This document shows, one piece after another, positions 59,234 to 64,000 of a DNA stretch of 64,000 bases. Under the pieces are notes generated by a model that was not told where the DNA came from, ran no database searches, and saw nothing but the letters and a program-made list of their open reading frames with translations. The DNA lies in contig JBQELZ010000007.1 in NCBI GenBank assembly GCA_052104115.1, positions 28,012 to 92,011 of the forward strand, read 5' to 3'. Made by a program: the position numbers and the translations under genes. Origin of the DNA: Vagococcus sp. GTDB lineage: Bacteria; Bacillota; Bacilli; Lactobacillales; Vagococcaceae. Position 1 is the first letter of the stretch, and each line of letters starts with the position of its first letter.

Positions 59234-60013
59234 TTAATACGTAAAATTCTTTTTTAATAATGATATATAATAATTCATTTGTCCAAACTCATACTTTAAA
59301 TAACTTCGTTTGATTTGAAGCAATAAATTCATTCCCGCATACCAATAAATTCTATCCATCAAATTGTCTTCAGGTTCTTCCCCGTATGCTTGAATCCAGT
59401 ACGACCAGTAAGCTCTTGGGACATACTGCCCTAAAACATTACCCAGATCCAGTGCTGGATCTGCTAACACAGAATAATCCCAATCCACTAAGTATAAATC
59501 ATTAGTGAAAGATAGTAACCAATTATAATGAATAGCATCACCGTGACATGCTGTATAAGAAGTTGGTGAACAAGATGGCAGATGATCCTCTAAGTACCTA
59601 AAAACACGCTTTAAATACTGGTTGTGTTTCAAATCATCTGGTAACTCTACAGCATAATCACTTAAAAAATCAAATGCTGATTTTTCACGACCTTCCATCC
59701 TCTGTAACATTGATTTTAATGATTCAGATTGATGTAAGTGTCGTAATATTCTAGCAACCTCTGCGCTACTGCCCATTTCATCTGGTCTTAACTGACGTCC
59801 TTCAAGCCATTCCTGAGCCGTTAATACATCTCCATTGCCAGTTCGTTTAGTCCAAAGCAGTTTAGGCGTCAAGCCCTCTCTGGATAAAGCAGCCAAAAAA
59901 GGGGTTGAATTTCGCTTTAAAAAGACTCTCTCACTGTCCTTCATTCCTTTATATGCTTGACCTGTATCTCCTTTAATTGGTTGGAGATGCCAGTTCTTAT
60001 CAAAATTAAACAT
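59234..60013 (-). CDS. ccrZ: Choline-kinase-like cell-cycle regulator CcrZ (YtmP)
   Basis: FLKRNSTPFLAALS.EG..PKL.WTKR..NGD, CHGD, LVDWD; conserved position upstream of trmB. Confidence 0.85.
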   Translation of the reverse strand: MFNFDKNWHLQPIKGDTGQAYKGMKDSERVFLKRNSTPFLAALSREGLTPKLLWTKRTGNGDVLTAQEWLEGRQLRPDEMGSSAEVARILRHLHQSESLKSMLQRMEGREKSAFDFLSDYAVELPDDLKHNQYLKRVFRYLEDHLPSCSPTSYTACHGDAIHYNWLLSFTNDLYLVDWDYSVLADPALDLGNVLGQYVPRAYWSYWIQAYGEEPEDNLMDRIYWYAGMNLLLQIKRSYLKYEFGQMNYYISLLKKNFTY

Positions 60014-60114
60014 ATGTCTTTTCTCCCCATCCACATTCTTAAAAGTTCTACTTAAGTCATACTTATTTTTAGGAATCGAAAATTAGTATATCATATAATC
60101 CTTTGTCTTTCCGT

Positions 60115-61341
60115 CTAAAATACATTTTTTTCCATTTTTTTCAGCCTTTTTGGCACATACACCATCGTAAATCCTAACCATTCTACTAAAAGAACCCCTA
60201 TAAGCACACCTGCCTCACCTATACTAGGCAATCTATACAGTCCCGTAGCACCAAACAAGACCACTACTACGAATAAAACATCTCGAATAAGTCGTTTAAC
60301 AGCATCTTTTTTTTGTCCGATTGGAATAGGATAAAGTGCTGTCATAACCATATAATCAAACTCTCCATATATTGGAATAAGTTGAAAGCCCAATAAATAA
60401 ACAAATAGTCCACTGATGATGATACTTAACCAAACATGAGAACTAAAGAATAATACTAGTATCCCTATAAGGGTCAACCTGACCACTAGTCCACTATATT
60501 CTGCTCCTCTAATAAATACTCTAGTGTACAAATAAAAATAAGTCTGACTAGAATCTTTTTTGATCTTGTTTAACAACACATCCGCATATCGACGTCGTTT
60601 AATGTCACTTGATAAGCCTGGTACATCCGTGAATAGATTGATAAACGTATAAATCCGTTTCATCCGTTTTTTCTCACACTTTATTCCTTTTTCCCAGTCT
60701 AATTGATGTGTATCCACCCATTTTTTAGTCTGGTTAAACATCACAAATTGATATAATAGAGCTAGTATCATACCACTCCATTTTACAAAAAACAAATCAA
60801 GAATTACCGCACTTACACTAATGACTCCCCATATAATGCGCTGGTACATGACAAGTTTCTCTGTGTTTAAATAAAACGATACCGTCTGAATCAATAAATC
60901 GGATCCTTTTAATAACCACAATGTCAACATAAAAAAAATAAAATCATTGAATACAATCTCTGTTGTGGCCACTAAAATAGGCATTGTCACAGCTGTAATA
61001 AGAGCTAGACTAATAGCCGGCACTACAAATGAATAACGAATGCTGTATTTTAAATAACTAATCATATTTCTTTCTTTAGGAAGTAAAAACACTTTATCTG
61101 CTTCCTGTAACAAGGTAGCCACCTTACCAATTTTTAACGACACTAACCAAATAAAACAGACAATCAAGCTACCATAGAAAAATTCCATATCTAGTGTTTT
61201 GACAAAATTTGAATAGTAATACCCAAAAGCTCCGACACCAAACATACATACCAAGATAAAGTGATCATTGAACACATATTTTAAGTATTTCATCATCTTT
61301 TTTTGATGTTTACCAAGTCGAAGGCGATAAAAATCGATCAT
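60115..61341 (-). CDS. ecsB: ABC transporter permease EcsB
   Basis: YLKYVFNDHF, LL.EADKVFLLPKE, RIYTFINLFTDVP; follows ecsA. Confidence 0.92.
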   Translation of the reverse strand: MIDFYRLRLGKHQKKMMKYLKYVFNDHFILVCMFGVGAFGYYYSNFVKTLDMEFFYGSLIVCFIWLVSLKIGKVATLLQEADKVFLLPKERNMISYLKYSIRYSFVVPAISLALITAVTMPILVATTEIVFNDFIFFMLTLWLLKGSDLLIQTVSFYLNTEKLVMYQRIIWGVISVSAVILDLFFVKWSGMILALLYQFVMFNQTKKWVDTHQLDWEKGIKCEKKRMKRIYTFINLFTDVPGLSSDIKRRRYADVLLNKIKKDSSQTYFYLYTRVFIRGAEYSGLVVRLTLIGILVLFFSSHVWLSIIISGLFVYLLGFQLIPIYGEFDYMVMTALYPIPIGQKKDAVKRLIRDVLFVVVVLFGATGLYRLPSIGEAGVLIGVLLVEWLGFTMVYVPKRLKKMEKNVF

Positions 61342-61345
61342 CTAT

Positions 61346-62080
61346 TTACGCCTCCTCTTCTTTGGTTAACGAAACATAAATATCATCAAGAGACGAATCA
61401 GGTAAGTTAAACTCTTTTCGAAGTTCTTCCATCGATCCAATCGCTCTAATCTCTCCGTTATGTAAAACAATAAATCGGTCACAATATATTTCTGCTGTAG
61501 CCAAAATATGAGTCGACATAAGGATAGCCGCTCCTTTTTGCTTCATATCATTCATCAGTTCCAATAACGCATTAATGGCAAGTGGATCCAAACCTAAAAA
61601 TGGTTCATCAATGATATATAAGCTAGGGTCTGTTAAAAAAGCACACAGCACCATCACTTTTTGTTTCATTCCTTTTGAAAAATGGGCTGGAAACCAATCT
61701 AATTTATTGTCTAATCGAAACATTTTTAATAGCCATTCAGATCGTTCTTTTGCTACATCGCTAGGAATGTCATAAGCCATGGCGGTTATTTCAATGTGTT
61801 CTCTAAGTGTCAACTCATCATATAAAATAGGAGATTCAGGGATATATCCTATTTTTTTTCGGTATGTCTCGGGTGACTCTGTTAACGTATCATCATCAAC
61901 TGTAATCTGACCTTTTTGTGCGGTCAATAGTCCTATAATATGTTTAATCGTTGTACTTTTACCAGCACCATTTAATCCAATTAAACCAACCATTTCACCA
62001 GATTTCACTTCAAAATTAACGTCTTTTAATACGGGGATATGTCCATATCCTCCTGTTAAATGTTCTACTTTTAAACTCAT
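61346..62080 (-). CDS. ecsA: ABC transporter ATP-binding protein EcsA
   Basis: GLNGAGKSTT, FSKGMKQK, IDEPFLGLDP, STH; divergent from hit. Confidence 0.93.
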   Translation of the reverse strand: MSLKVEHLTGGYGHIPVLKDVNFEVKSGEMVGLIGLNGAGKSTTIKHIIGLLTAQKGQITVDDDTLTESPETYRKKIGYIPESPILYDELTLREHIEITAMAYDIPSDVAKERSEWLLKMFRLDNKLDWFPAHFSKGMKQKVMVLCAFLTDPSLYIIDEPFLGLDPLAINALLELMNDMKQKGAAILMSTHILATAEIYCDRFIVLHNGEIRAIGSMEELRKEFNLPDSSLDDIYVSLTKEEEA

Positions 62081-62216
62081 ATCTTGTCCTCCGCTTTAAT
62101 CTAGTTTGATTATATCACATCTTTTCTGTTCTATTCTTCACTTCTAACGAATATTCTTTTCATTTTTTTTACATTATATGGTAAAGTTATCTTATAGATA
62201 AAAGGAGGCCATCTAA

Positions 62217-62642
62217 ATGACAGATTGTATTTTTTGTAAAATTATTAATAAAGACATTCCTAGTTACACCGTTTATGAAGACGATGATGTCTATGCCTTT
62301 TTAGATATCACACAAACAACAAAAGGCCACACTCTAGTTGTACCTAAAAAACATGTCACTGACATTTTTGAATATGACGATACATTGGCAGAAGTTGTTT
62401 TTTCACGTATCCCTAAAATCGCTCGTGCAATGGAACGTGCTTTTCCAGATATGCTAGGGTTAAATATTGTAAACAATAACAAAGAACTGGCATACCAATC
62501 CGTGTTTCATTCACACATTCATCTGATTCCAAGATACACAAAAGAAGATGATTTCAGCTTGCAATTTGCTGACAATGGACGTCTCTATTCTTCAGAAGAC
62601 ATGACAAGCATTGCAAAATCTATTAAGGAGAATGTGAACTAA
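62217..62642 (+). CDS. HIT-family nucleotide hydrolase
   Basis: DCIFCKI, GHTLVVPK.H, VFHSHIHLIPR. Confidence 0.95.
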   Translation: MTDCIFCKIINKDIPSYTVYEDDDVYAFLDITQTTKGHTLVVPKKHVTDIFEYDDTLAEVVFSRIPKIARAMERAFPDMLGLNIVNNNKELAYQSVFHSHIHLIPRYTKEDDFSLQFADNGRLYSSEDMTSIAKSIKENVN

Positions 62643-62643
62643 T

Positions 62644-63009
62644 ATGGCTAAGAAAAAATTTTCTGGTAAAAAATTTATGAAAGGACTACTTGTTGGTGGC
62701 ATGATTGGTGGAACTGCCGCTCTGTTGCTAGCACCTCGTTCAGGAAAAGAGACCCGAAAAATAATGACTGATGAGATTGATGACACACTACAACTCTTTT
62801 ACGATGTGAAAGAGGACTCCGAACATGTTGTCGAAAACGCTACTCGTGTACAAGACATCGTTGACAATCTAGTCCCTCAAGTTCTAGAAGAAGCTGAAAA
62901 AAGCATTAAAGCGTTTCAATTTAAGTCAAAATATCGCATAGACGATATAAAAAACCAATTAACTAAAATTGAAAAAGAAGTAAACGAGTTTACTGAATCT
63001 ATGAAATAA
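62644..63009 (+). CDS. YtxH-domain protein
   Basis: GLLVGGMIGGTAALLLAPRSGKETR. Confidence 0.88.
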   Translation: MAKKKFSGKKFMKGLLVGGMIGGTAALLLAPRSGKETRKIMTDEIDDTLQLFYDVKEDSEHVVENATRVQDIVDNLVPQVLEEAEKSIKAFQFKSKYRIDDIKNQLTKIEKEVNEFTESMK

Positions 63010-63180
63010 AACACAATAAACCTTAATTGTGTTTTATTTTAAAAGATGTGTTTATTATATGAATTTTTTTCGAAATTCGTGTTTTTACATTCAGTTTACA
63101 AGGATTCTATGATATAGTAATATTCGTGAAACATTACCGTTTAATAAAATATAATGATAAGAATGGACGTGCAATTATTA

Positions 63181-64000
63181 ATGAAGAAAAGATCGTTTAA
63201 ATTAGCCGCTGTGGCTTTACTAAGTATACTGACTTTAGCAGGATGCTCTGGTAGCAAAGACATCGCTACTATGAAAGGTGCTAAAATTACTGAGGAAGAT
63301 TTATTCAAAGAATTAAAGAAAAATCCTCAAACAAGTGAAGCATTAACGCAAATGATTGTAACAAAAGTAACAGATGAAAAGTATGCGAAAGATGTGGATG
63401 AAAAAGAAATTGATAAGCAATACAAAGAAGTTGAAGAGCAATACGGTGGTAAAAAACCATTTGAAGAAATCCTAAAACAAAATAAAATGGATGCAAAAAC
63501 ATTTAAAGAAACAATTAAAAGCGGCTTAGCTTACCAAGCTATGTTAAAATCTCACATCGAAATTAAAGAGCCAGATTTAAAAGAAGCTTGGAAAGAATTC
63601 CATCCAGATGTAAAAACTCAAATCATGTCATTTGATACAAAAGATGAAGCTGATAAAGTACTAAAAGAAATTAATGACGGTGGCGACTTCACTAAGATTG
63701 CGAAAGAAAAATCAACAGATGAAGCAACTAAACACGATGGTGGAAATGTAACATTTAATTCAACTATGAAAACAACACCTGAAAACGTAATGGTTCCTCA
63801 AGAATTAAAAGATGCTGCTTATAAACTAGAAGATGGTAAAACCTCTGAAGTTATTACAGCTCAAAACATGCAAACTGGTGCAGACACATTTTACATTGTA
63901 AAAATGGTTAAAAATCAGAAAAAAGGAAATGACTACAAACCTTTCAAAGATGAGTTAACTGAGATTGTTGAAAACAATAAATTACAAGATCCTACATTTG
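63181..64000 (+). CDS. prsA: Foldase lipoprotein PrsA (parvulin type; runs off the window)
   Basis: Manual translation: MKKRSFKLAAVALLSILTLAGCSGSKDIATMKGAKITEEDLF...GGDFTKIAKEKSTD..TK.DGG; lipobox LAGC; conserved hit-ytxH-prsA context. Confidence 0.92.
   Translation, partial: MKKRSFKLAAVALLSILTLAGCSGSKDIATMKGAKITEEDLFKELKKNPQTSEALTQMIVTKVTDEKYAKDVDEKEIDKQYKEVEEQYGGKKPFEEILKQNKMDAKTFKETIKSGLAYQAMLKSHIEIKEPDLKEAWKEFHPDVKTQIMSFDTKDEADKVLKEINDGGDFTKIAKEKSTDEATKHDGGNVTFNSTMKTTPENVMVPQELKDAAYKLEDGKTSEVITAQNMQTGADTFYIVKMVKNQKKGNDYKPFKDELTEIVENNKLQDPTF

Overview
Low-GC Firmicute chromosomal segment. Protein sequences and gene order point to Enterococcaceae, probably Vagococcus-like (inference). Most of it is core genome: lplA, nrdDG, infC-rpmI-rplT, rpsO-pnp, def, rpsD, ndh, uvrC-trxA-mutS2-cvpA-zapA/rnhC, ireB-ruvX, pepA, ccrZ-trmB, ecsAB-hit and prsA. 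Accessory blocks include a divergent Bce-type ABC transporter/two-component module, YfhO, an LPXTG surface protein, TraX, SulP plus a pentapeptide-repeat protein, a dhaS/dhaKLM-gldA-dhaQ cluster, Rrf2-Pip(YhgE), a DeoR/aldolase/PTS cluster and a PadR-DUF2812-ABC operon. I found no transposase, integrase, prophage, rRNA or CRISPR array. Strongest leads: (1) a stand-alone tRNA-like RNA at 41185-41267 with a canonical T-arm and acceptor stem, an elongated anticodon arm and flanking terminators; (2) a fructose-family PTS plus class II aldolase operon with no kinase, whose aldolase lacks the usual 6-phosphate-binding motifs; (3) two separate lesions in the Bce module (in-frame TAG in the ATPase, -1 frameshift in the response regulator) and a frameshifted PadR; (4) a perfect 50-bp palindrome centred on a Bce-type regulator box upstream of traX; (5) a protein resembling a catalytically dead GIY-YIG fused to a DUF4357/RAMA-like domain. 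All family assignments come from motif recognition by eye; no searches were run.
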